A stretch of 64,000 nt of DNA from positions 136,090,001 through 136,154,000 of the forward strand of contig OX597814.1 of the NCBI GenBank assembly GCA_951406725.2. Direction: 5' to 3'. Made by a program: the position numbers and the translations under genes. The stretch is from Octopus vulgaris (lineage: Eukaryota). The stretch's first letter is position 1; each line of letters starts with the position of its first letter. The notes under the pieces were generated by a model. That model was not told where the DNA came from and ran no database searches. It saw only the letters and a program-made list of their open reading frames with translations. This document shows positions 50,689-64,000 of this stretch, piece by piece.

Positions 50689-51910
50689 CTTCACATGTGT
50701 GATGTAATGGAGGAGTAAGTGATGGTAGTGGTGGTGGCGGGTGACAGAGTATGGTGAGTGTCGATGGAGACAACACTAAGGGAATGAGGAATAATGATGA
50801 TGATGATAATGAAGGCATTGATGGTAGTATGGTGCAGGAGGTGGACTGGAAAAACATGACACCAATGATAATATAGCAATGGCATTGATAAGGTAGGTGG
50901 CAGGTGATGAAGGTTTAGGGTGTAGAGGAAAAGTGGGTGTTGGTAATGATAACGTTGATGTTATTGGTGGTGATGGTATGGAAGATATGTGAAAGATAAC
51001 AGCAAAACCTCAACGATAAGATTGATAAGAGATAGGGGGGAGAGAGGGGTAGTGGTGGTAAAATTATTTTACATTTAATTATAAAGAGAGCAAAAGATGA
51101 AAAATATAGGGATATGTGGTTGTGTGAGTATACATGGATTGGGGTGAGGAGCTAATGAGAATAGTAAGAAAACAAAAGTTTCAATCACTTGTTACCAAAC
51201 AATTAAAGAACAATTCTCTGGAAGACTCTAACAATATTGGTTGATCTACAAATTACATCCTGCCAGGATAATAAACAAAAAAAAAAAAGGAATACAATAG
51301 ATACGTAAAAAGATGGGATGACAGTCGAGACTAGAATGGCGTTGATTTTTTTTATTTTGCTGAATCGAGAGGAAGGGACATTGCCCATGACCTTTGTTAA
51401 CCATCTCAAGATCAAGTGAGCACCTGGACACTGTTAAATTGCTGCAAGTCAATTTCTGCAGGAAAAGACATGAGCAAGGAGAAAATTCTAGAGAGAAGAT
51501 TTTTGGGGGAGGAGGTGGAGAAAGGATTGGGCAGAATGGTGTTGCGAAGGTTTGGACACACCAAAAGTGACAAGAAGTGGAAAGATGAGAGAGCCAGAGG
51601 TATCTGAGTAGTGGAGGTACGAGACCATCTAGCTCATAGGAAAAGTGGACATTATAGTAGTGACAGGAGAGAGAGAGAGAGAAAGAAAACCTGATGGATC
51701 AGTGCTGACCTGAGGTTAAATAACAACAGCCACAAGATCTTGCACTGTCACTAAAACACAATAGAATGTAATTCCCACCCATCCATCCATTACTGCCCAT
51801 AAATAACAAAAGAACAATAATCAAAGAAAGAACAAACAAACTCACCCCATGCCATAGAGGTCACAGCCTCAAAACCCACAGAACCCCAAAACACAAAAAC
51901 TGATACTTAC

Positions 51911-52303
51911 TTACTTTCAGCTGAAAGTCAAGATACAATGTATGTCCAGTTCGCTGTTTGGGGTCCCATTTATAAATCAGCGTTAAGTTATTGGCGTGTG
52001 AGGGAAAGACTGGAGGGTCTTTGAGAAGTTTTTGGACAGGACAGATAATTCCCATACGGAATTCTTCACCACTCGTATTGCGTTCTGTAATGCTGATCTT
52101 TGGTAAACATTCCATTGAAACGGTGGAGCTGTTTGCTGGCTGCCACGGAACTTCAAAGCCACGAAGGTCAGTGAAGTTCAGTTCAATGTACACCTTTGTC
52201 TTGGCAATAATGTACAAGTCACAGGCGTGCTGATCTGTAGTGTCATACTGCTTTGAATAAACAATCAAGACACTTTTGTTGCTCAATGTCGGACCACAGT
52301 CAC
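51911..52303 (-). CDS. Internal coding exon: divergent CUB-like extracellular domain
   Basis: Acceptor tctctctctatttccag|GT and donor GTAA|gtaagt bound a 393-nt phase 1-1 exon; an overlapping phase-0 donor lies 4 nt earlier. It encodes DCGPTL..VYSKQY..ACDLYIIAK..YIELNFTDL..CLPKISITE..MGIICP..NNLTLIY..GHTLYLDF, with four Cys in CUB-like spacing and N-glycosylation sequons (NKS, NFT, NSS, NTS, NLT). Confidence 0.8.
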
Positions 52304-54056
52304 CTGGAAATAGAGAGAGACAAAATAATTGAGGTGTAATGTTCAATTAAGAAGTAGTAACAAAAAGGTTTTGTTTAGACGCTAGATGCAACAGAATGAG
52401 ATGTGAAAGACACGAGAGGAGGAGGAGCGAAGAGGATTAATCCCTTGCAAATGGATTTGGTATTGACAGTCTGTGCTGTGTACCAATATTAGGTCTTTCA
52501 GTAACATTATTTTTCATACATGGAATTTTACAGTGTATTTACAGATTCTTCTTAGTCTGGTATATTTGAAAACACAGTACGAGACATTGCACTGCTCACA
52601 CATACAATATTTCAATGTGGTCAGTATTGCTTCCTGTCTGCAAGGGGTTAAGGAAAAAGGAGAAAAATCAGACAGGGTTAAGATTGAAGAAGGGACAACT
52701 TATTGGGGGTTAAGGAGACAGAGGAGAGATCAGATTGAGGATTAAAGAGACAGGAAGAGGAGTAGATTGAGGGCTAAAACTGTAGAAGGAAAAGTAGACA
52801 AAAAGTTCAAAAGAGAAGATGAAAACATGATGGCTTTGTTAAAGGGGCATGAGTGGTAGATAAAAGGTTAAAGACCAAAGGGGACAGTGTAGAGCAGTGA
52901 GAAGTGATAAAGGGACAGTGTACAGCTGCAAGAAGAGATAAGGAAACAGGAAAGGGAGAAGACAGACGGAAAGAAAGAAACAGGCATCTGATGTAAGATA
53001 ACTGCATTAGAAAGTATGTGTCTGCAAATGTATATGTGTGTATGCAAAAGCACATGTGTGTATATTTGCATGTAAGTAATGCACCATGTACTTGTAAGCA
53101 TAAATGAATGTGTTTCAGTGCACATGTACATGTCAACTGGTCTATGTGTGCAGATGCATCTTTATCTAAGTTCAAATGTAGATGAATGTGCATGCATATA
53201 AAGATGTATGTATGTATGTATTTGTCTACTTATCTCTCTATTTAGCTATGTAGAGATATATGATTGTGTTATTTAACATATCTGCCTCTGTGCGCGCGTG
53301 TGTGTGTGTTTGTGCTGGAATGTAGTATGCACATGTATACTTGCATAAAGATAACTATGGCTATTTACAAGTAAATGCTTGTACATGGCACACATACAAG
53401 CATATCAGAACACTATTAGACTGCGTATATGCATAAAAGCATGTAAGTGCATGCGTAATAAATCTCTGCATGTGTGAATATGAAAGAATGCATAAGTATA
53501 CACATAATAAACATGTGTCTGAAGTGTAAATGGTTAACCAGGATTGTATGTCTGCAAAGGCAAAAACAGACAAAGAAGAGCAATGGACTTAAACCATTAC
53601 TAGCTAGTAATCAATAAAATCTGATACATAGTGATATCAATAAAGCTGAGTTTCTGCTCATTCATCAATGTAACAGAGAACATACGCTGAGAGACAGCAT
53701 TTTTCTGTCAATAATGTGCAACACTTTTGGAGGTCCAATCACCTTTGAAACATACCACAAAAATTTTATAGTGCTTTTATAAGCATTAGTTGCACCACTG
53801 TGAATGTAGTAGACAGAAAACAGGGTTTTTCTCACACACACACACAATCTGTAGGTACATATATATGATGTTGAAGGCTGCTTCACAAAAAAATGAAAAA
53901 TATATAAGAGGAGTACAGGCAACATCAATGGTTCAGTATATTATAGAGATACAGACTTGAACAACATGTATGCTGCTCCTTAAGTTATCCATAGTTTTAA
54001 TGTCCAGTGACAAAGAAGTGTTAGATGACTGGTAACTGTTTGAACTACAGGTATTA

Positions 54057-54224
54057 TGAGGGGTGTTGAAAAGTTCCTGGCTTTAGGTAGAAGAAAACAC
54101 AGGAGGATCAGTTAATTATGATTTTATTCAACAGATTTCCCTCTCAGACTCACATACTTATTGTAGCAGTCTTTCAGGCCTTTCACAATACCCTTAAAGC
54201 CAGGAACTTTTCAGCATCCCCTTG
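54057..54224. mobile_element. Mariner-type MITE
   Basis: About 29-bp TIRs: tgaggggtgttgaaaagttcctggcttta and taaagccaggaacttttcagcatccccttg. TA lies on the left flank. Confidence 0.75.
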
Positions 54225-55877
54225 TGTATCAGGGAGATCTCTTCAAGAGTTTTTGATAAAAGGATGCCCACAATACAATTCAATAAGAGGTATATTTTGG
54301 TATTTTCTCCTAGATCTTTTACTGCATGCCAAAACAAACCTGGGTATCTTCGAGCTCCACCCACTGTCTGTCTGCCTGTCTATCTATCTATCAATCCATC
54401 TAAGCTGTAATGATGAAGTCAAACCAAATAGTGATGTTTTGAAATCGTTTAATATGCACAATATAATGCATCACTTACATAAACCTTCCTCAGTTAAAAC
54501 ATCTCAAAATACAAAGGATATTAAATGATTTCAAAATATCACTATTTGGTTTGACTTCATTATTGTAACTTATGTGATTCAATGCCAGTACAGACTAGCC
54601 AGGCCAGATTCCACTTATGTGAGAATTCTAGCAACGATTTGGAGTAGCTGAATATTCTGGTACTGTGTAGTGCTTCTTAGTGTGCCAACAGGAGGGTATG
54701 TGACCTAGTTGTTAGCATGTTGCACACGTAATGATAAGGTCGTGATTTTGATACCCAGACTTTTCTTACCCAGGCTTGTTGTGTTCATGAGCAAAACACT
54801 TCATCACACATCGCTCTGCGATCACCTTGACATTTGACATGTGACACACTGTGCATCTGTACAGCACAAACATTGCATCACTATAAACAAATCATCTGTG
54901 CAGGTTGTTCAGCAAGGAATTGCAGAACCATCTTTTTCAAACTTGAGAGGCTACCATTAATGTATCATACATATATATATAACTAAAGGTGGTGGTCCAG
55001 CATGGCTGCAGTCAAATGACTGAAACAAGTAAAAAAATATATGTGTGTTTTTTCATCTTTCTTTTCGTTCTTTTTACTTGTTTTAATCATCAGACTGTGG
55101 CCATACTGGGGTACTGCCTTGAAGAATTTTAGTCAAACGAATCAACCTAGTACTTTTTTTTTTAAATCTGATACTTTGGGGGACACATACATAAAGATAC
55201 ACACACACATGATGGGTCTCTTTCGGTTTCCATTTCTCAATCTATTCACAAGGCTTTGGTTGGCCCGATGCTATAGTAGAAGGCACTTGCCTAAGGTGCC
55301 ACACACTGAAACTGAAGCAAGAACCATGTGGTTGGGAAGCAAGCTTTTTACCATACAACCATGCCTGCGTGTGTATACGTTGCGTGCGCACACACACACA
55401 GTATGAATAAATATAAATGCCATCATCATTTCAAAATTTACTTTTCCATGCTTGCATGGGCCAGACAGAGATAAACGAAGCAGATGCCCTCAATGTCACC
55501 AACCCTTATTTGTTTTCAAACAAGGTAATATTTTCCCATAGTCAGACATCTTTCTGCAGAGTACTGGAAATGTATGATACCCCTTATATAACAATGACTC
55601 ATTTACAACTATCATGCGATGTCAAGACGAACACAACACACAATCAAATGACAAATGTTTGTATGACAGTGATATTTATATATCACACAGCACCACAAAC
55701 ACACACACACACACATAAAGAGCTTCATTCAGTCTCTTTCTGCCAAACCCACATGCTGGCATAGCTTTCTGGTAAGGTGTTCTATACTACAGTCAGAGGC
55801 CAACCAAATCCTGGTGAGTAGATGGAAATTGTATCTTTAATTGTCTGAAGACCCTGCGTACCTACAGACAAAAACAC

Positions 55878-55916
<39 letters not shown>

Positions 55917-56083
55917 GCACCCAATCCACTCACGGAGTGGTTGGCGTTAGGAAGGGCATCCAGCCGTAGAAACTCTGCCAGATTCAGACTGGAGCCTGGA
56001 GCGGCCCCTGGCTTCCCAGACCCAGTCGAACCGTCCAACCCGTGCTAGCGCGGAAAGCGGACGTTAAACGATGATGATGATGA

Positions 56084-56122
<39 letters not shown>

Positions 56123-56810
56123 CATACATACATACACACACACACATACATATAGATATATATATGTATATATCATCACAATCATTGTTTAACGTCTGCT
56201 TTCCATGCTGGCATGAGTTGGACGGTTTGACTGAGGACTGGTGAGCCAGAAGCGGCACCAGGCTCAATCTGATCTGGCAAAGTTTCTACAGTTGGATGCC
56301 CTTCCTAATGCCAACCACTCCGAGAGAGTAGTGGGTGCTTTTACGTGACAGTGGCATAAGCGCCAGTCAGGCGGTTCTGGAAATGACCATGCTCAAAAGG
56401 TGTTTTTTATGTGTACTTGCACAAGAGCCAGTCCAGCGGCACTGGCAACAACCACGCTCTAATGTCGTTTTTCACATGCCACAGGCATTTGTGCTGGTAG
56501 GGCGACTGTGGTAACGATCACGCTCGGATGGTGCTTTTCACATGCCATTGGCACAGGAGTCAATCTGTGGCCCTGACAACGATCATGCTTGGATGTGCTT
56601 TTAATGTTCCACTTTTGCCACAACTTTCTCTCACTCTCTCTTCCTGTTTCTTGAGTAACACTGCAATGGACTGGCGTCCCGTCCAGCTGGGGGGAATACA
56701 TACGTCACAGAAACCAGGCCCATGAGCCTGGCTACGCTTGAAAAGGGCGATGTTTATCATTATATATATATGCATAAATGTATATATGTATATATATGTG
56801 TATATATATT

Positions 56811-56852
<42 letters not shown>

Positions 56853-57585
56853 CACGCACACACAATGTTTACATCTACATACATATATGTATATATATAT
56901 ACATATACGTATATATATGTTTTCATTACATATGACAAGTGTTTCAACACATGTAGCATCAATCCCTCATGGAATTTACATATGTAAATATATATACATA
57001 TATATGATTCATTACAACGTAGTAACTCACATGTTTACACTTGTTTAAAATTTTACTTGAAGATGGTAGGTTTCTTCTCTGATGTAATCTATGAATACTT
57101 CAATAATGTTCTACCAAGACAACTGTCATAAATTTTAAACCCAATTAGTGTTTTGTTTTTTACACACATTTATAATTGGTTAGGTATGAAATTGCAGTTG
57201 ACCCGCTGGCCTGCTAACAGATGAGTAGTTGGCATCCATCTATGTCTGTTTCCCATTTGTGCATTTATTATATATTTTTTACTCACTGTATACATATATA
57301 AATTTAATACACAACTGAAAGGTTTTAATACACTGGTTGTGTATTAAATTGATATTTATCTCTCATTGGATGGAGTAGTTTTCTTTGTTGAGTCTATTGT
57401 ATATGTAAACTATATATATATATATATATATATATACGGCTTAAGTAATTGAGATTCAAGTGAATTCTAATGAATTCACATGAATAAGGTCCTTAACTAG
57501 GATGCACCGGAAATCTATAAGGTGTTAACCATACGACAAGTGGGGTGATTACAAATAGGAAAAAAGCAATCCATTCTTGTTGCTT

Positions 57586-57652
<67 letters not shown>

Positions 57653-57733
57653 CAAAATTTAGAGGACTGACCAATAAAAGTGGACAGCCTATATGCTAAA
57701 CAGACGTCAAATTGCCATTACCACAAAGAATGT

Positions 57734-57850
57734 GTTCTCAAGAAAGATCTCAGCAAAAAACCAAAATGGAAAAATAAGCAAGACAAATGAAAAATATACG
57801 AAATAAAAAACGATTACCTATGGTTTTTTGTGGAGATTTTTCTTGAGAAT
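57734..57850. repeat. Fold-back inverted repeat with 30-bp arms
   Basis: 57734-57763 matches the reverse complement of 57821-57850 at about 26/30. Confidence 0.7.
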
Positions 57851-58891
57851 ATATACATATATATAGTGTCCATATGTAATGTCTATACATATTATATATA
57901 TATAGGTAGGTGCAGACAAGAATGTGTGGGTAAGAAGTTAGCTTACCAACCATATATGGTTTTGGGTTTGGTCTCACAGCATGGTACCTTGGGTAAATGT
58001 CAACTACATGAGGCTTGTGCTGACCGAAGTCTTGAGTGAATTTAGAAAATTGTCATGTGCATGTATGCGTGTGAAAGTGCTTGTGCCTTCTTAGACATAG
58101 TTAATGTACACAAACGCATGACTGTAGTGTTCAAAATTTAGCTTTGCAACCACATTTTCTGGCTCTGTACAACACCTCAAGCAAGGACATTTTACTATAG
58201 CCCTGGGCTGAACTGAACATAACCAGTGGGAATGATTTGATAGGTGGTAACTGAAAGAAACCTGTTACTTATATGCGCACACCTGTACATATGCATGTAT
58301 ATAATTCTTTGTATGCAAAGTATGTATTTGTTATCAATAAATTCGTTTTTGACTTTTAAATAAGAGTTTTAGTCTATTTGGCTCTATAAATATTCTGTTT
58401 TGTTTAAAGCCAAAGTCTTTAGGAACATATCCAAGTGTTGTTCAACTTCTTTCTGTATCAGATGTGTCTGCTGTCAATATCCAAGACTACTCTTCTATAA
58501 GCTTGAATTATTAATATTAATCTCTTGCTCTAAGCATAAGAAAATCTCTTTCCAATAGCCATTACTTATATCTAAATAAATAGTTCACTTTCTTTTTCTT
58601 TTTTTTTAATGTATGTAGATATTTCACACATTTCTACTACCAAAAATTTATTTAATTGCAGGTAATGCCAATAAGCCCTAGTTTTATAATGTCACATATA
58701 TTAAATACTATTGTAAGGGTAGAAAGTTAGCAGAAAGTAGGGTTATAGTAGTTATTTGGCTAGAACCATGTTACCTTCTGAATTAAATACAATTAGAAAT
58801 TTACTTCCTGCAGAGTAATACACACCAATCACACACACACACACATGCTGCTGACGATTTCAATTCTTTAATTGGACTTTTCCCTCTCTCC

Positions 58892-58924
58892 TTTCCGATG
58901 AAGAGCTATGCTCGAAACGTCAAA
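58892..58924 (+). ncRNA. Minimal hammerhead-like motif (U4C variant)
   Basis: UUU CCGAUGA A GAGC-UAU-GCUC GAAA CG UC AAA. Stem II is perfect, palindromic ACGU replaces stem III, the triplet is GUC and stem I is only 3 bp. Confidence 0.45.
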
Positions 58925-59003
58925 CTCTCTTTTTTCACCAACTAACACATTTTTTGTGCACATTCTTTTGTTGTCCATTATTTTCATTTGTTTATTTGAA
59001 TTG

Positions 59004-59040
<37 letters not shown>

Positions 59041-59136
59041 AAGATAAGCTTACTTGGAAATGGATGTGTGGCATTCAATGAAATAATATAAAATATACAT
59101 ATATATATATATATATATATACATATACACACACAC

Positions 59137-59630
59137 ATGCATATATGGGTACAGGATGTCATCAACAGTAAGCAACATGAAATATGATTTTCTATCTGTC
59201 TCTCCCCTTTTCTTTCTCTTGTTGCTCACACGTGATCATTGTCCATCTTTCTTTTCTTTCAGGACTGGACATATCCGATCTCTCTCTTCTATCGTTTCTA
59301 CTTTACCTTCGTTCTGGTCTAATGACCTTCCATATTGTTTTCATTCGGTTTCCTTGTATGCCTCCACTGACTTGTTTTTGGTCCCATCTTTGACCCTCCA
59401 TGAATCCCAAATTTTATTTTGGTACTTATGGGAGCAACCATCTTCGAAGACACATGTTGTTGGTCAATGCTCGAAATGAGGAGTAGATAGCCGGCAACTG
59501 AGGAAGGGTCGTTCTTTATGTTACTTGTCCAGTTTTCCATTTATTTCTTATGTTGTTTGCTTATTGAACTCATTTGTTTTCGTATTTCATGTTGTTTACT
59601 GTTAGTGACGTCCTGTACCCATATATGCAT
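59137..59630. repeat. Element with 51-bp terminal inverted repeats between microsatellites
   Basis: 59137-59187 matches the reverse complement of 59580-59630 at about 46/51. Confidence 0.85.
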
Positions 59631-59631
59631 A

Positions 59632-59755
<124 letters not shown>

Positions 59756-59806
59756 ACCAAAGAGTGGCTTATTAGCAATTAGAAACCTAAAGGCAAAATA
59801 AATAGA

Positions 59807-59991
59807 GGTCACAAAAGTGACAGAGGGTATTGACTAGCACCACTTTTGCTAAAAATAAGAGTTAAAACAACTGAAAAGTCACAAAGAACTATCTTAATAC
59901 AACAGTCAGTAAAACACTGCTTTTGAGTTGTTTTAACTCTTCTTTTTAGCAAAAGAGGTGCTAGTCAGTAGCCTCTGTCACTTTTGTGACC
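59807..59991. repeat. Fold-back inverted repeat with 72-bp arms
   Basis: 59807-59878 matches the reverse complement of 59920-59991 with about 5 mismatches and a 41-nt loop. Confidence 0.9.
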
Positions 59992-59996
59992 CCCCC

Positions 59997-60029
<33 letters not shown>

Positions 60030-62017
60030 AATAATATATAAATAAAGGTGGCTTATTTGCAATTTACAACCGAAAGGCAGTGTGTGTGTGCGTGTGTATA
60101 TACACACTAATGAGATAATTTTATTGACAGTATAACTATCTCCCTCTCTTAGAGACAGGCATAGCTATATGATTAAGAATATTTTGTTTTGTAACTACGT
60201 GAATTTCGGTTATCTTTCACTGCGTAGCACTCTGGGCTTCTATCTTAGGTTGATCAAAATCTGAGTGAAACTTAGTGAATAGAAACCGTGGAAAGCTGCT
60301 GTTTCTGTTCTTGGGTGGTAGACTTAATTCATCTCCTGGTTTAAACAAGACCACATGGCCCCTAGATGTTTTAACAGAGTCTACTTTGGCGCAATTATTT
60401 AATTCCGATTTCCGGTCTGAGAGTAGTTTCCTTCCTATTCTCTTACCAGGTTTTGAAAAAAAAAAAATGTCACTGGCACTGCTCTACCTTCTCTGACAAA
60501 ACACACAGAAGAAGAAAAAAATCGGCTTTTTGTTTAGTCAACAGAAATCGATATTACGAAATAATGAACTCTATACATAGTTTGGTCAATGAACTGGCAG
60601 AATTACCGGAAGACAGGCAGGGAACACGCAAATATTCCAATAACCCAGGCTACAGTGTCAAACTGACATACATTAACATTTCACCGAGACGAACGATTTG
60701 TTAACACCGAGGAAGATAGTCAGACTATGATAAGTTGCACTTCTGAAGCGCAAATATAAATATAAAAGAGAATGCTAAACTGCACCGACTTCTAAGAATA
60801 AGAATGAAATTACGAGAAGCAATAACTTCTGGCAACGAAGAAAAACTTTAAATCGCACGAAAACTGCAAGATAACTGCAACATATGCAAAAATCAATATT
60901 GCATAATATATACTGATCAACAATATACAATACACAGCGCAATTTGTCAGTCATTTACATCTAAACATTCAGATCACACTGAGCTGGACAGTTCTATGAC
61001 CTAATATTACTACACAGTGAAAAGGTTCTGCAGAATTAGGTTGAAAAACCACAGGCATAAGGCGTAGAATATTGTAATATATTCATGGGGTGCACAAGAG
61101 TAAATAGATACGTTATTGTAATATATTATGCCGGCGAAAGGCTGTGTAATTCAAATCTATCCAAACCCATTTAAAGCTTATTCTATATGAAGTATTACAA
61201 CTTAGTAAAAAATTTCCAGCTTTGTGTGTAGACAATCTATTACTCAATATTTCTAGTTCTTGAATAATGGCTATGTGTGTGTGTGTGCATTATTAAAGTA
61301 CGGTTACTAGCTTGGAATAGTTCACCAGAAAGTAACAAAGAGCGACCAGAGAAATTAGATCAAACTTGCTCAAAGTTATCACCACATTTTAAATATGTGT
61401 GTATGTGTGTGAATATCATATTACATATGCGCACAAGCACGGTATTAAATATACAGAAATATTTTTAAAGCGTATCAGTTACTAGATTTGGATTGTTTAT
61501 AATTGTGTGGTGGGGAGAGAGATCATTTACAGCGACCGATCGTTACTTGAGAGAGAGAGAGAGAGAGTGCAACAGCAAAGAATCGAAGACAGTTCGAACG
61601 GTAGGTCGAGCGGGAGCTTACTTTACACATCACGGCGCTCGCCAATTATAATATCAATAAAAATATGTATACATTATTACTACACCGTGATAATGTGATC
61701 TTAAATTACACAATCGATATGGGACAGTAAAAAAACAAAAAAAAACACAACCGACGTAAACTGATCGGGATAACATAAACAAATAAACAGATAAAAAAAC
61801 AAAGCTGCAAACTATCCGTGACAAATTTATTTTGATGACAAATCCCATCACAAAAGGATTTAGCCAAACACACACACACTATAGAGAGAAATGTGGTTAA
61901 TAATTAAGCCAGCTCAATTAGTAAATGTTGAGAAGTTAGCCGCTGAAATATAAAGATATAAATGATGGCAGTCTTATACAGTAAGAAACACCATAACTAT
62001 TATACAGTGCACGTATG

Positions 62018-62090
<73 letters not shown>

Positions 62091-62136
62091 ATATATATTG
62101 TACACACACACATATATATATAATTTTAAAAATGTA

Positions 62137-62320
62137 GTTAAACGCAAGTGTTATTCAAATCTTTATACTTCCGACATATGTTTCGAAGAAAAGATTGGTG
62201 TTATTTCTGAAGGAATTAAATGATGTAAAATAATCATTTTATTCCCTCAAGAATAATACCAATGTTTTCTTCGAAACGTATGTTGGAAGTATAAAAATTT
62301 GAATAACACCTACGTTTAAC
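62137..62320. repeat. Fold-back inverted repeat with 80-bp arms containing hammerhead 3' halves
   Basis: 62137-62216 matches the reverse complement of 62241-62320 at about 70/80. The arms are homologous to 22257-22350. Confidence 0.9.
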
Positions 62321-62523
62321 ACCATTTCTTAATTTATCTATGTCATACAAAAACATTTCACTAAACCCTGGTTCTACCTTTATAGGTAGGCTGTAACATC
62401 CTTGGCACTTATGTGAATTATTGCTACCCTGGTAACTATTTATTTATTTATTGGTGTTATTTGTACATGTCGAAAAAATGCACATATGTATATATTGTAC
62501 AGATATGTATATATATTGTATAT

Positions 62524-62557
<34 letters not shown>

Positions 62558-62647
62558 TGTACATATATGTATATATATATTGTACACATATGTATATATA
62601 TATTGTACACATATCTATATATATCTTGTATATATATATATAAATTA

Positions 62648-62819
62648 TATAATTAAGGGTATCTAAAAGATACCACCATGCTAGATATAGCAGTCAAAAC
62701 TTGACTCTAAAACCACATCAGGCACCAGGAGAAAAGACAGAGAGACAAATAAACTATCAAAAAATTATTTCGACTGCTATCTCTAGCATGGTGGTATCTA
62801 TTAGATACCCTTAATTATA
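62648..62819. repeat. Fold-back inverted repeat with 52-bp arms
   Basis: 62648-62699 matches the reverse complement of 62768-62819 with about 3 mismatches. Each arm holds an internal GGTATCT/AGATACC palindrome. Confidence 0.9.
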
Positions 62820-62981
62820 ATTTTAATAATTATCACCTATGAGGTTATTATTTGTATGTTGGCCACATAATATGATCGGTATTTTAAATAACGATCTTTA
62901 TACATACACATATATTGTATGTAAGTATATATATATATATATTTATATATATACACATGAATATATATTTATATATAGTGA

Positions 62982-63027
<46 letters not shown>

Positions 63028-63285
63028 TAGTGTACATACACGTGAGGATACACACACATCTGAGAATACCGACAGTAGCACAAACCTATGCAGAAAGTCG
63101 CTTGACTGGCATTTTACTACAAGAATTGAAACAATAAAACCTCTCAAAAACAGAACATACAAAGTCTTAGATGCAATAGGTTTGATGTTGCCGGTCTGTG
63201 GTAACACACTTGCATCCAGACAATTCATGTAGTCAGACCACTCAAGTTCATTCAATTCTCTTAACTATATATGTGTGTGTGTGTG

Positions 63286-63350
<65 letters not shown>

Positions 63351-64000
63351 AAAAATAGGATAAAATCTTCATAAGAATTTACCAAGTAGTTAGCGTGAGA
63401 AACATCATAAGAGAAAAATATCCACCAATTTTTTCACTTAAATATATTTATTATATTATATAGAGGGCATTATTACACATAAATGCCCCCCACCCCCAAT
63501 ATATATATATATATATATATATATAATCACGCTAAATGTATGGCTAACATTTAGAAAACTGGGTCCACCACAGAAAGCTTTTGAAAATAACAGAGCAACA
63601 AACTTTTTCTATTTATCAAATTGTAGAGCGTAGCAACTTTTAAGAAAAAAAAAAAAAAGAAGCCGACTGGTCACTGGGTGTAAATGAAACAGTATTTAAA
63701 TTAATAGTATGAGTGTGTGTGAAAACAGCGAGAAGTAAAACTGGAAAACTAATTGCTGGCATGGGTGAGAGAGAAAGAGAGAGATGAAAGGAGAGGTATG
63801 AATGTGTGAAAAACAAATTGAAATACTGCAAAAACAGGAGGGAAAGGGAGAGATTAAAAGACAGGCAGAGGCAAAGAGAGGCTAGGCTAGCAGCAGTTCA
63901 ACTACAGACTGCAGGGATTAAAATATGATTCCACACCACCCTTCCCCGAATGTCTGCGCGATCGCCTTACATAACAGCTTTTAGGTAGAAATGCTCATTT

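Noticed and set aside
51200-51640. Possible decayed Penelope-like coding remnant (PNLRN, CRSTNIV) on the minus strand
   Set aside because: The motifs are too short and scattered to call by eye.
56930-56980. GAAACACTTGTC hammerhead-like 3' half on the minus strand, and CUGAAGA near 1120
   Set aside because: The partner core box and stems are missing.

Overview
This is AT-rich, repeat-dense eukaryotic DNA with no prokaryotic gene structure. The SINE families and (TA)/(TATG)/(CA)n load resemble Octopus (coleoid cephalopod) DNA; this is an inference from remembered repeat motifs. Only two host coding exons are supportable, both on the minus strand and both phase 1-1: a CUB-like exon (51911-52303) and an LDL-receptor class A exon (4241-4390). 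They join in frame, which suggests one CUB-LDLa gene with an intron of about 47.5 kb. That interval holds two young CR1-group LINEs (one with a complete ORF2 broken only at an A11 run), RTE, Tx1/L1 and mariner relics, hAT-, piggyBac- and mariner-type MITEs, and at least five SINE-like families. The most unusual signal is a set of mostly microsatellite-flanked fold-back elements linked by sequence to hammerhead ribozyme motifs of the Penelope-like type: a full fold at 22288-22370 and a minimal motif at 58892-58924. Most short ORFs in the track are microsatellite or SINE artefacts. All coordinates and identities were read by eye.
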